Sequence record: NC_048194.1
Strand: one strand, 5' to 3'
Source: Escherichia phage vB_EcoM_WFH
DNA: 64,000 nucleotides
The position numbers and the translations under genes are program-made. A model generated the notes under the pieces. The model worked only from the letters and a program-made list of their open reading frames with translations, made no database searches and was not told the DNA's origin. Below are positions 17,844 to 27,150 of this stretch, in pieces (position 1 is the first letter of the stretch; each line of letters opens with the position of its first letter).

Positions 17844-18461
17844 ATGACTTTCCAAACTAGTGTAGGCCGTCAATATACAACTGGCTTTCCTGGCGACATC
17901 GTTCGCGACGGCCCACAGCGTGGGAAGCCAGGCCGAATTGCCAACGCTAACGAAGGCGCAAACGTAAACGCCATCAGCCGTGTGTTCGGTTTTAAGACTG
18001 ACGTATCCTTAATGGGTACTGGTCAAACCAAAACTTTGGGCGCGCAGGACTTTGAAGTTGAGCTGGGCGGCACCAACTACTACGGCATCCTCGGCAATAG
18101 CAAGCGTTACGCGCTGTATGGCAACTCTACTGGTCCTTTGGGTGCCAGCATGGTTCTGCCTCAATATAGCGAAGGCGAGTTCTATGATATGTGCACGGGC
18201 CTCGTAGTTGAAGTATTCAACCCAAGCACCAGTCCGCAGACGCTTAACTATGGCGACCTGCTTGCTTATGTACCTAAAGGCATTTCCAGCGGTAACAACC
18301 CGAACAACTTGCCTATTGGTGCAATTATCGCCTATACTGGCTCATTGCCAACTGGCATGGTTGCCATCCCAGGCGGTATTGTGATTGACCCGACGACTAT
18401 TGCCCTTTCCGGCCCAAGCGTCCAGTCTTCCACTTATACCATTGTACAATTGACTCGTTAA
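17844..18461 (+). CDS. Capsid-associated structural protein (decoration or minor capsid, uncertain)
   Basis: Lies between scaffold and major capsid genes; Gly/Ser/Thr-rich; RBS AAGGGG. Confidence 0.45.
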   Translation: MTFQTSVGRQYTTGFPGDIVRDGPQRGKPGRIANANEGANVNAISRVFGFKTDVSLMGTGQTKTLGAQDFEVELGGTNYYGILGNSKRYALYGNSTGPLGASMVLPQYSEGEFYDMCTGLVVEVFNPSTSPQTLNYGDLLAYVPKGISSGNNPNNLPIGAIIAYTGSLPTGMVAIPGGIVIDPTTIALSGPSVQSSTYTIVQLTR

Positions 18462-18475
18462 TAGGCAGGTGAATA

Positions 18476-19615
18476 ATGACTCGCATTAGCCAAACACACT
18501 CTCGCCTCCCAGCGAGCAAGGTGCGCCCTTTTGATATGCAATCCGTGACCGACGCGGCTGTTTCCCAGCTTGCGCGTATCGGTATTGTGTTTGATTCCGC
18601 GATTGTGCGTGATCAGATTGAGCACTTAAACCGTGCAGGTGCTTTCCGCGTAGGTGACGCCGCATTTACTGCGCCGCAAACCACGCCATCAATCCCGACC
18701 CCGCTGCAGTTCCTGCAACAGTGGCTGCCTGGCTTCGTCAAAATCATGACCGCTGCCCGTAAAATTGACGAGCTGGTTGGTATTGACACCGTTGGTCAGT
18801 GGGAAGATGCAGAAATCGTTCAGGGCATCGTTGAACCAGCTGGCACCGCAGTTGAATATGGTGATTTCACCTCTATTCCTCTGGCAAGCTGGAACGTGAA
18901 CTTTGAACGCCGTTCCATCGTTCGCGGTGAAATGGGCATGGCAGTCGGCATGCTGGAAGAAGGCCGCGCGTCTGCGATGCGTCTGAACTCTGCAGAGACC
19001 AAGCGCCAGCAGGCTGCTGTATCTCTGGAAATCATGCGTAACGCAATCGGCTTCTATGGTTGGTATAACGGGAACAACCGCACGTTCGGCTTCCTGAATG
19101 ATCCAAACCTGCCAGCGGCAATGACTTCAAACACCACTTCCGGCTGGGCTACTGCGACCTTCCAACAGGTGACTGCAGACATCCGTTTGATGGTTCGTCA
19201 AATCCGTGTCAACTCTCAGGACCAGATTGATCCAGAGAAGGTTGATATGACTCTGGCGCTGCCGACCAACTCTATTGATTGGCTGTCAAACACCACCGAC
19301 TTCGGTATTTCTGTACGTGACTGGATCACCCAGACTTATCCGAAGATGAAGATCAAATCTGCACCGGAACTCAACGGCGCACTTGGCAGTGACCCGACTT
19401 TCCTGAACGTGGCATATCTGTACGCTGATCACATCGATTCCTCAATTGATGGCTCAAGCGATGATGGTTCCGTATTCAGTCAGCTGGTCCAGACTAAGTT
19501 TATGACTCTGGGCGTTGAGAAACGCGCTAAGAGCTACGTTGAAGACTACGCAAACGCAACAGCAGGCGTTCTGCTCAAGCGTCCTTTCGCAGTCGTCCGT
19601 ATGACTGGTATCTAA
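18476..19615 (+). CDS. Major capsid protein
   Basis: 379 aa directly after the scaffold genes, RBS AGGTGA, followed by a hairpin; assigned by position and size. Confidence 0.65.
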   Translation: MTRISQTHSRLPASKVRPFDMQSVTDAAVSQLARIGIVFDSAIVRDQIEHLNRAGAFRVGDAAFTAPQTTPSIPTPLQFLQQWLPGFVKIMTAARKIDELVGIDTVGQWEDAEIVQGIVEPAGTAVEYGDFTSIPLASWNVNFERRSIVRGEMGMAVGMLEEGRASAMRLNSAETKRQQAAVSLEIMRNAIGFYGWYNGNNRTFGFLNDPNLPAAMTSNTTSGWATATFQQVTADIRLMVRQIRVNSQDQIDPEKVDMTLALPTNSIDWLSNTTDFGISVRDWITQTYPKMKIKSAPELNGALGSDPTFLNVAYLYADHIDSSIDGSSDDGSVFSQLVQTKFMTLGVEKRAKSYVEDYANATAGVLLKRPFAVVRMTGI

Positions 19616-19640
19616 TTGCTGTGATTACACAGTAAAACAC

Positions 19641-19670
19641 ATGGGGCGTGGTCGAAAGGCTTCGCCCCAT
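19641..19670 (+). terminator. Post-capsid hairpin, candidate terminator or RNA-stability element
   Basis: ATGGGGCG-loop-CGCCCCAT; no clear T-tract. Confidence 0.35.
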
Positions 19671-19730
19671 ATCAATAGACCTCAAGGGCTGTAGGGGCTT
19701 ATCTGAGGCTTATATAAATAGGACTACAAA

Positions 19731-20195
19731 ATGCCAAAATACATCGTTTCAACTATGTCTATGTCAGTCAACTACACTTTCTATACGGAAGTGAAAGAAA
19801 ACCCGAATGCAAAAGCTGGTTCAGGCGCTCTTCCAAATATTCGCAAACAGATTCTGATCAAGGGCGGTGCTGGTCTTACTTCGGCAACTTCCGGCTTTGG
19901 TGAAATGGCAAAAGGCGCTGATGGTGCACCTTTGTGGACTCCTGAAGGAATCGTCACCGTTGTAAGCGATGCTGATTTTGAACATTTAAAAGATCATCAC
20001 GTATTCAAGCAGCACCTTGAAAAAGGTCTGGTTAAAGTGGTTAACCACGACATCGTTGGCAATCATAAAGCTGTCGCCAAAGAAGTGCGCGGCATGTCAG
20101 ATGACCCGTTCGCACCTATGACGCGTGAGACGGCTGACAAGCGCATCAAGGTTAAATTGAGCGGCGAACAAGAAGATGATTTGTTCCGCGTTTAA
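19731..20195 (+). CDS. Hypothetical structural protein
   Basis: 154-aa ORF in the head-tail joining region. Confidence 0.5.
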   Translation: MPKYIVSTMSMSVNYTFYTEVKENPNAKAGSGALPNIRKQILIKGGAGLTSATSGFGEMAKGADGAPLWTPEGIVTVVSDADFEHLKDHHVFKQHLEKGLVKVVNHDIVGNHKAVAKEVRGMSDDPFAPMTRETADKRIKVKLSGEQEDDLFRV

Positions 20196-20209
20196 ATAAG
20201 GTGAATGCC

Positions 20210-20665
20210 ATGTCATTAGATTACGAAAAGTTCAGAATAAAATTTCCACAGTTTGCTGATCAGGTAAAATTCCCTGACACAACGCTTCAAGTATTCTATG
20301 ACATGGCATGTGAATTTATTGAATCACAAGACAGTCCTTGTCGTGTTTTAAATGGCAGTAAATTGGAGCTGGCATTGGAATATATGACGGCTCATCTTTT
20401 ATGCATAGCCACAGACCAACAGGTGTCTGTGTCTTCTGGTGACGGAGTTGAACAAGGCGGCTTCGTGACTGGTGCAACAATCGGTGACATCACCGTGAAT
20501 AAGGTAGCGCCGCCTGCAAGTGATGGTTGGGAATACTGGCTTTCAAGCACTCCTTATGGCATGGCGCTTTGGGCGCTTCTGCAAGCACTGGCTGTCGGCG
20601 GCTTGTCGTTTGGCGGTCTTCCAGAGCGCGAAGGATTTCGTAAAATTGGTGGGGTATTCTGGTGA
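20210..20665 (+). CDS. Head-tail connector / adaptor-like protein
   Basis: Position and size; RBS AAGGTGA before the ATG at 20210. Confidence 0.4.
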   Translation: MSLDYEKFRIKFPQFADQVKFPDTTLQVFYDMACEFIESQDSPCRVLNGSKLELALEYMTAHLLCIATDQQVSVSSGDGVEQGGFVTGATIGDITVNKVAPPASDGWEYWLSSTPYGMALWALLQALAVGGLSFGGLPEREGFRKIGGVFW

Positions 20666-21021
20666 GGATTCCTGGCGTAAACTTATATCGAGTTGCGACA
20701 AAGGTCATCGGTCGCCAACCGATTCAATATTACATGTACAAGGGGCGCACTCTTGATAAAATGCGCAACTACGTTACCACTTATGAAGAACCAATCACGC
20801 TACTTGCTTCGGTGCAGGCTGTTCTTCGAAATCAATACGTCGAGCTTGGATTGGAGCTTCAAAAGAACTATGTCAAAATCTGGGTAGACAAAGACATTGT
20901 TGACCTTGACCGCGACGCTTCCGGCGACTATTTGTGTTTGGTGGGAAAACGTATAAAATGGAAGATGAAACGACATGGTTTGACCAAGATGGTTGGACGA
21001 CTTGCCTTGCCGTGGAAATAA
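20662..21021 (+). CDS. Hypothetical structural protein
   Basis: GTG start overlapping the upstream stop. Confidence 0.4.
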   Translation: MRIPGVNLYRVATKVIGRQPIQYYMYKGRTLDKMRNYVTTYEEPITLLASVQAVLRNQYVELGLELQKNYVKIWVDKDIVDLDRDASGDYLCLVGKRIKWKMKRHGLTKMVGRLALPWK

Positions 21022-21239
21022 AACAAAGCTTTCCAGTGTCTACTTGAGGTGTATATGACAGATGTCGACCTGATTGAACATGCTGGCAACGCGAATTGAA
21101 GAAGGTCTGGCGGCGTATAGTCGTGCAGACCTTTCTGCTGTTCCGGTCCAGAAAAAGTATCAACCGACTCAACAGGGTATTCCGACTGGTGACCAAATTT
21201 GGTTTAACCTTTTATTCTCAGTTCCGTTTTGGATGGTCC

Positions 21240-21632
21240 ATGAGGAAAAGTGAATTTGTCAATGATGAGTCTCAATTTGTAAACGGAAAATTCAGAGATA
21301 TTGAAGATCAAATATACGCTACACGTTTTCAAATCAGCGGCTTATTTCCAGAAGTTCCTGGCAATCCAGAAAAGCCTACTGCTAATGACGTATTGACTTA
21401 TTTGGCAAGATTCATAACTCATAAAGCGAATTTGAGGGATTGGTTCAAAAAGCATCAGGCATCAGTATATCGAATCGACATGAATAATAATGAAAAGTTT
21501 TATGATGACATGTCGCAATTTGAATCATTCCCTTCTTTTGATTTGGTAATACTTCACAGAAACGCAATTTCAATTGATACTCCTGCTGTTGCAAGAGCTG
21601 TTAATAATGATTTGGGTGATATTCCGGTGTAA
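21240..21632 (+). CDS. Hypothetical structural protein (start uncertain; possible frameshift with a 58-codon upstream frame at 21080-21255)
   Basis: ORF 21096-21632 has a TTG start; a protein-like frame 21080-21255 overlaps it. Confidence 0.35.
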   Translation: MRKSEFVNDESQFVNGKFRDIEDQIYATRFQISGLFPEVPGNPEKPTANDVLTYLARFITHKANLRDWFKKHQASVYRIDMNNNEKFYDDMSQFESFPSFDLVILHRNAISIDTPAVARAVNNDLGDIPV

Positions 21633-21633
21633 T

Positions 21634-21783
21634 ATGACAAAATCAAAAATGATAGAAAAACAGATTAAGGCGCTTCAGTCTATGAAGGGGCTTACTGTTG
21701 AGGCAGGATGGTTTGATTCTACCAGATACCCTTCAGAAACTGGTGGAGAAGGAAATACTGGTGTCAGAAGTCGCGCGGCTTAA
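21634..21783 (+). CDS. Small hypothetical protein
   Basis: ATG overlaps the upstream stop. Confidence 0.35.
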   Translation: MTKSKMIEKQIKALQSMKGLTVEAGWFDSTRYPSETGGEGNTGVRSRAA

Positions 21784-21857
21784 CGAGTTTGGTCACATAG
21801 CCGTTTTGAAACTTTGGACAAGGACCAGTCAGGGTAGAAGTGCCACCCAGACCATTC

Positions 21858-22082
21858 ATGAGATATGCCTATGAATTATTCGTTAGTGAGCGCAGTGAAA
21901 TAGAGAATAAAATTGCTAAAAAGATTTTTTCCGGTAAAATAGACGCTAGACAGGCATTGGGTCAAATTGGGCTTGCGATGGAAGCAAAGATTGTCGAATC
22001 AATTAAAAACGGACCGTGGCAACCAAATGCCAGATATACTGTACGTGTGAAGGGGATTCGACAAGCCTTTGATTCACACTAG
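21858..22082 (+). CDS. Hypothetical neck / tail-completion protein
   Basis: ORF 21840-22082; immediately upstream of the sheath gene. Confidence 0.4.
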   Translation: MRYAYELFVSERSEIENKIAKKIFSGKIDARQALGQIGLAMEAKIVESIKNGPWQPNARYTVRVKGIRQAFDSH

Positions 22083-22134
22083 CCTCATGTGGCAATCTGT
22101 CAGCAGCCAAGTCATTAAATAAGAGGACACCGAC

Positions 22135-23673
22135 GTGATCAGTCAATCTCGTTATATTAAAATTGTATCAGGGGTCGGAGCAGGCGCGGCTGTTGCAGTT
22201 CGCAAACTGTCGCTTCGCGTCATGACTTCTAATACAGTTCTGCCGCCGGGCATTGTAGCAGAATTTTCAACGGCTGATGCTGTTGGATCATATTTCGGTT
22301 ATTCTTCCGAAGAATATAAGCGCGCAGCATTATATTTTGGATTCATCAGCAAGCAAATTAACTCGCCTGATTCAATCAGCTTCTCGCGTATTGTTTCAAC
22401 TGCGATTCCAGCAATGGTCATCGGTGATACTGAGCCTAAAGTGCTTGCTACGTTTCAAGCATTCACTGGCGCTATTTTAAGCATCACTTATGATGGCACA
22501 GACTACCTGACTGACGCAATTAACCTTTCAGCGGCAACAAGTCTGGCGAATGTGGCTGAACTTCTGGAAACGGCAATCAATACTAAATTTGCAGCAGAAG
22601 GGGGCACGTCGGTGCCTGCACTTGCTGATGCAGAAGTGTATTGGAACGCTAATACTCAGCAGTTCACGCTGGAAGCAGCGCCGTCGACCGCTGGCGCAGG
22701 CAATCTGTCTATCAACGTCACAGGCCAACCGACCGACCCGTCTCAAGCATTAGGTTGGACCACCACTGGCACCGTAACCGTTGCAGGCCAGGGCGTTTCA
22801 AGTCCGGTAGAAGCCATCGCGGCATCTGTGGAAATCTCCAACAACTTTGGCTCATTCCTTTTTGCTGGGGCTGACCGAACTCTGGAAGAAATTACCGCTG
22901 TGGCAGCGTGGACTCATTCGCAGAATAATATGTACATGTATTTATTCTCGACTTCGTTCGCTAATATCGGGTCATACTACACCGCTCTGAAAGGGTACTC
23001 AGGCGTTGGCATGATGATTCGCGCAACTAACCTTGCAAACGATTACATCGACCAAGCACCTGCTGAAATCCTTGCGGCGACAAACTATAATACTGTGAAT
23101 GCGACTCAAAACTACATGTATTATCAGTTTGATACTCGCAACGTGACTGTTTCAACTGACTCTCGTGCAGACACTGCTGATCAAAACCGTGCTAACTACA
23201 TCGGTGCAACTCAGCAGGCCGGACAAACCTTGGCATTCTTCCAGCGCGGCGTATTGATGGGCGGGTCTACCGCAGCAGTTGACATGAATACTTATGCCAA
23301 CGAGATGTGGCTTAAATCTGCTATCACTTCTCAGCTGTTCAGCATGTTCTTGAATCTTGGTCGCGTGCCTGCAAACGAAGAAGGTAAAGCGACTGTACAA
23401 GCCATGATTCAAGTTGCTGTTGACAATGCGAAGGTTAACGGCACCATCTCTGTTGGTAAGGCGCTGACTGAGATTCAGAAACAATACATCACGCAAACTT
23501 CCGGTGACAACACTGCTTGGCGGCAGGTTGAAACTATCGGTTACTGGCTGACTGTAGATTTTGATACTGAAACCACTTCAGATGGGCGCACCGAATACTA
23601 TGCAACATACACGCTAATCTACTCTAAAGATGATGCTGTGCGTCGCGTTGAAGGTCGTGACGTCCTTATCTAA
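22135..23673 (+). CDS. Tail sheath protein
   Basis: 512 aa, GTG start after AAGAGGA; followed by tube paralogs and tape measure. Confidence 0.6.
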   Translation: MISQSRYIKIVSGVGAGAAVAVRKLSLRVMTSNTVLPPGIVAEFSTADAVGSYFGYSSEEYKRAALYFGFISKQINSPDSISFSRIVSTAIPAMVIGDTEPKVLATFQAFTGAILSITYDGTDYLTDAINLSAATSLANVAELLETAINTKFAAEGGTSVPALADAEVYWNANTQQFTLEAAPSTAGAGNLSINVTGQPTDPSQALGWTTTGTVTVAGQGVSSPVEAIAASVEISNNFGSFLFAGADRTLEEITAVAAWTHSQNNMYMYLFSTSFANIGSYYTALKGYSGVGMMIRATNLANDYIDQAPAEILAATNYNTVNATQNYMYYQFDTRNVTVSTDSRADTADQNRANYIGATQQAGQTLAFFQRGVLMGGSTAAVDMNTYANEMWLKSAITSQLFSMFLNLGRVPANEEGKATVQAMIQVAVDNAKVNGTISVGKALTEIQKQYITQTSGDNTAWRQVETIGYWLTVDFDTETTSDGRTEYYATYTLIYSKDDAVRRVEGRDVLI

Positions 23674-23720
23674 ATAATTGCCGCCGTAACTGGCGGCCAT
23701 CTCTCTGAGAGGAATCTGTA

Positions 23721-24188
23721 ATGATTAACGTTTCCGGTTTTGGCGCTTCGATTCGTTTAGTGGCATCAAACACTTTTCCAAATGGTGTAACTCTTTCTGA
23801 TTTCGCAGATGATGCTGATCCGATTGACGCGCCTGATCTTCAAATCTCTGAAGCGGCAATGGGATTGAACGGTGACTTGGTAGTCTGGAACCGTGCCAAC
23901 CCTCTTGAAGTAGGCGTCAACATCATCCCTACTTCTGAAAGCGATGTAAACTTAGATGTTCTGGCAGCGGCTAACCGTGTAGGCAAGCGCAAGAACTCTG
24001 CGAAAGACGTGATCACCCTTATTCTGACCTACCCTTCTGGCATGGTCATCACACTGAACAAGGGAACTTTGACGACTGGTTCAGTGATTCCTGGCATCCA
24101 GTCTCAGGGTCGTGTAAAAACACGTCAATATCGCTTTAAGTTTGAGAACGTAGTCAAAACTGGCGTGAGCAACCAAGAGATTTTATAA
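23721..24188 (+). CDS. Tail tube protein (paralog 1)
   Basis: 155 aa after the sheath; N-terminus MINVSGFGASIRLVA matches the paralog at 25139. Confidence 0.55.
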   Translation: MINVSGFGASIRLVASNTFPNGVTLSDFADDADPIDAPDLQISEAAMGLNGDLVVWNRANPLEVGVNIIPTSESDVNLDVLAAANRVGKRKNSAKDVITLILTYPSGMVITLNKGTLTTGSVIPGIQSQGRVKTRQYRFKFENVVKTGVSNQEIL

Positions 24189-24517
24189 TGTATCAAATAC
24201 CACTTGACAGCGTACCTAACCAGAATATCAGCTTTAACGTTGACGGTGCTTATTGGCAGCTGCACATATTCGCCGCAATTGAGCACATGTGCGCAGATGT
24301 TTACCGCAATGGCGAATTGTTGATTCAGGGGGTACGTTGTTTTGGTGGTATACCAATGGTGCCTTATAAATATCTCATGATTGGGTACGGCAACTTTATT
24401 TTTGACAGCGTACCAGATTATGAGCATTTTAACTCTGGCGGCTGTAATTTATATTACATGTCAGAATCTGAGTTGGCTGAATTCCAGAAAACTGCTGAAG
24501 CGGAGTTTGCAATTTGA
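24188..24517 (+). CDS. Hypothetical tail protein
   Basis: 109-aa ORF, overlapping stop/start. Confidence 0.45.
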   Translation: MYQIPLDSVPNQNISFNVDGAYWQLHIFAAIEHMCADVYRNGELLIQGVRCFGGIPMVPYKYLMIGYGNFIFDSVPDYEHFNSGGCNLYYMSESELAEFQKTAEAEFAI

Positions 24518-24870
24518 CAACTCTAACGATTGAAGTTAATGATAACAATGACCTGTTTCTGCCTGATGGAAGAAATTTGAATATCCTGTCAGGAGAAAAG
24601 GCCATGGTACAAGTTATCAAGGCGGCGCATCAAATGCGACTTGGTGAAGACTTGTACGATGTTGAAAACGGAGTCGATTATTTAGGCACTGTTTTCAAAT
24701 CGCCCGTTGATGAAGACGGTGCGAGAAAGTCGATTGCAGATGCTATTCTGAAGAAAGCAGACGTTGCCGGAATCGACTCATTGACTGTCACCATCCAAAA
24801 CGGTATTCTTGGATTCACCGCTGAAGTGGTGACTATTTATGGCGAACGTATAAAGGTGAGTAATCAATAA
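24514..24870 (+). CDS. Hypothetical tail protein
   Basis: TTG start, coupled to neighbours. Confidence 0.4.
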   Translation: MTTLTIEVNDNNDLFLPDGRNLNILSGEKAMVQVIKAAHQMRLGEDLYDVENGVDYLGTVFKSPVDEDGARKSIADAILKKADVAGIDSLTVTIQNGILGFTAEVVTIYGERIKVSNQ

Positions 24871-25136
24871 TGGCACAAGTAATTCATTTTGCTAATGGCG
24901 TCATGAAATTTGGCGAAAAATTTGAAGACGCATCGGAATTATTCAAAAAGACTTCAAACCCTGTTGCGGAGAAGAAAGAACAGGTTGAAGAGAAGGCAGT
25001 AGAATCGAAAGTTGATTTCGATTCAATGAGCGTCTCTGAATTGAAGGCTTATGCAAAGGAACATGAGATTGACATTAAAGGTCTTTCTTATAAGGATGAA
25101 ATTCTTGCAGCAGTTAAATCTGCATCTGCGGAGTAA
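24870..25136 (+). CDS. Small protein with a Rho-N / HeH-like motif
   Basis: SMSVSELKAYAKEHEIDIKGLSYKDEILAAVKSA. Confidence 0.45.
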   Translation: MAQVIHFANGVMKFGEKFEDASELFKKTSNPVAEKKEQVEEKAVESKVDFDSMSVSELKAYAKEHEIDIKGLSYKDEILAAVKSASAE

Positions 25137-25138
25137 AC

Positions 25139-25636
25139 ATGGTCAATATTAGTGGATTTGGCACAAGCATTAGAATTGTCGCTCTCCAATCTTTTCCTGT
25201 TGGGCTGAATATCAGTTCTTTGTCTGATGACCAGGATTCGCTAATTATTGAGGAAGTTGAATCAGTAGGCTATCAACTTACTTATGACGGCGGCATTTGT
25301 ATTTATGACAAGGCCGCCGTCGTTCGCGTATCCATTGCAGTGATCCCAAACACTGAAGACGACATAAACCTAAAGCTTTTGCTTTCCGCTCGTAAAGGCG
25401 GATTCAAGTGGCTTCCTATACAGGATGTCACATCAATGCTTATTACATATCCTGATGGCGGCAGAGTAGCATTTTCGAACGGGACCATCATCAGCGGTCC
25501 GCTTGGCGACTCCATTGAGCAATCAGGTCGTCGCAAGACAAACAGATACACATTCGTGTTTGCCAGCTACGGCGGCGCACAGAGTACATCGCAAATTGCA
25601 AAAGGCGTGGTGCAGAGCATATTGGGGTCAATTTAA
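25139..25636 (+). CDS. Tail tube-like protein (paralog 2)
   Basis: N-terminus MVNISGFGTSIRIVA and shared C-terminal pattern with 23721-24188. Confidence 0.5.
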   Translation: MVNISGFGTSIRIVALQSFPVGLNISSLSDDQDSLIIEEVESVGYQLTYDGGICIYDKAAVVRVSIAVIPNTEDDINLKLLLSARKGGFKWLPIQDVTSMLITYPDGGRVAFSNGTIISGPLGDSIEQSGRRKTNRYTFVFASYGGAQSTSQIAKGVVQSILGSI

Positions 25637-26169
25637 TGGCTATCGATTTATTGTCATATAGTCTTTCAAACAGAAGCTTCAAAATAAGAAGCTTCAACCT
25701 TGGGGAAGTGTCAACGCTTGGTTGGGCTATTGTTAACGTAAAAATAAGACTCCAAGCAAAGATATTCAAAAACCAAAGGGAAGACGGAAGCTATATCGTC
25801 GATGGCAGAGTCAAAATGCCTAGAATATTGACTGTGACTGTAATAGCACAGACAAAAAGCGCGTCCGACGCAATCACAAAGATGTTGCAGAACAGGTCCA
25901 CGATATACACAATAAATTCTCGTGGGCTAATCTTTGAACGTATGGTGCTGCAAAATAACAATTTCAGCCAAGATGCTGACAATATAACCTCACAACCCAT
26001 ACAACTGGTCTTCCATGAGATATTAACACAGCAGGATGTGTCTATTCAAACAGCGCAAGCAGCCGACTCCACTGTCATTGAGCGCGGCATCGCTTATATA
26101 AAAGAGACTACTGCCAGCGTCACTGGCGTTGCAACAAAGGTGATGAATGGCATCAAGGGGATGTTCTGA
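25636..26169 (+). CDS. Hypothetical tail protein
   Basis: 177-aa ORF, ATGA overlap. Confidence 0.45.
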   Translation: MAIDLLSYSLSNRSFKIRSFNLGEVSTLGWAIVNVKIRLQAKIFKNQREDGSYIVDGRVKMPRILTVTVIAQTKSASDAITKMLQNRSTIYTINSRGLIFERMVLQNNNFSQDADNITSQPIQLVFHEILTQQDVSIQTAQAADSTVIERGIAYIKETTASVTGVATKVMNGIKGMF

Positions 26170-26729
26170 TGGACTTTGTTTCGATTCTGCTCTCTGGTCA
26201 ATCTCTGACCATAACGAATGAGTCAACAGGGATTCCTGTATGGGCAAAGCTTTCTCCAGTGTCTGCAGAAATAACATCACCAGCAGAAACTACTCAATTT
26301 CCACTTGCTGGAACGGCGATGCAGGTTGTGGAAGTATCAAGCACATCCTCAGTAAGCAATTTACAGGCGGCAAAAGTAATAATGCCAGCGCACATGGCGC
26401 TAAACGTAATTTGCAATGACCAATCGACTATTGAAAACATAATTAATACATTCGACAATGATGAAGTTACATTTTCAATAACTTCTCGAAGCATAATTGC
26501 AAGCAAAATGTCGATGTCTGATGTCGAAATAACTCAGTCAGAAGAAAACCTGAATGGAGTCTCAATTGTAATAACATTTGAACAGACGTCATTTAGTATT
26601 CAGGGAAGCTTTGACCCTAAACAGTCCGCAGATGAATCGTCAAATGGCGTGGCTATTAAAGAGCCAGTCAGTTTGACTACAACTGTGAGTTCGTTATATA
26701 ATAAAATAAAATCAACAGTAGGAATATAA
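26169..26729 (+). CDS. Hypothetical tail protein
   Basis: 186-aa ORF, RBS AAGGGGA. Confidence 0.45.
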   Translation: MDFVSILLSGQSLTITNESTGIPVWAKLSPVSAEITSPAETTQFPLAGTAMQVVEVSSTSSVSNLQAAKVIMPAHMALNVICNDQSTIENIINTFDNDEVTFSITSRSIIASKMSMSDVEITQSEENLNGVSIVITFEQTSFSIQGSFDPKQSADESSNGVAIKEPVSLTTTVSSLYNKIKSTVGI

Positions 26730-26730
26730 A

Positions 26731-27147
26731 ATGAAGATCACCAATAAACAAACTGGTCGCAAAGTAGAAATTAAAATCAGCAAAATGACTGCGATGGAAG
26801 GTTGGAACATACAGCGCCGATTCATCGAATTTGCAATGTCAAAAGACCCTGCATTTCGTTCAGAATATACAATGGAAGTATTAAGCTTTGCAAAGGTTGA
26901 ACTTGATGTAGGGCAAGAAATTCCTCTGAGCACTGGCGCACTTATTGACAACCATCTTGGCGACTGGGAAAACTTGAAATTGGTTTTCGAAGCGGTGTTG
27001 ATGGAAAACGGAATAAACCCAGAGACTCACGCTGAACGTGAAGGATACTGGGAACAGGCTGGCGGCGAAATGGCTGCAGCATTTATTGGCGAATCGATGC
27101 GATTAATCGCGCCATTCCTCAGCGGCGAGACTCCAAACAAGGGGTAA
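26731..27147 (+). CDS. Tail assembly chaperone-like protein
   Basis: 138 aa immediately upstream of the tape measure. Confidence 0.4.
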   Translation: MKITNKQTGRKVEIKISKMTAMEGWNIQRRFIEFAMSKDPAFRSEYTMEVLSFAKVELDVGQEIPLSTGALIDNHLGDWENLKLVFEAVLMENGINPETHAEREGYWEQAGGEMAAAFIGESMRLIAPFLSGETPNKG

Positions 27148-27150
27148 ACT

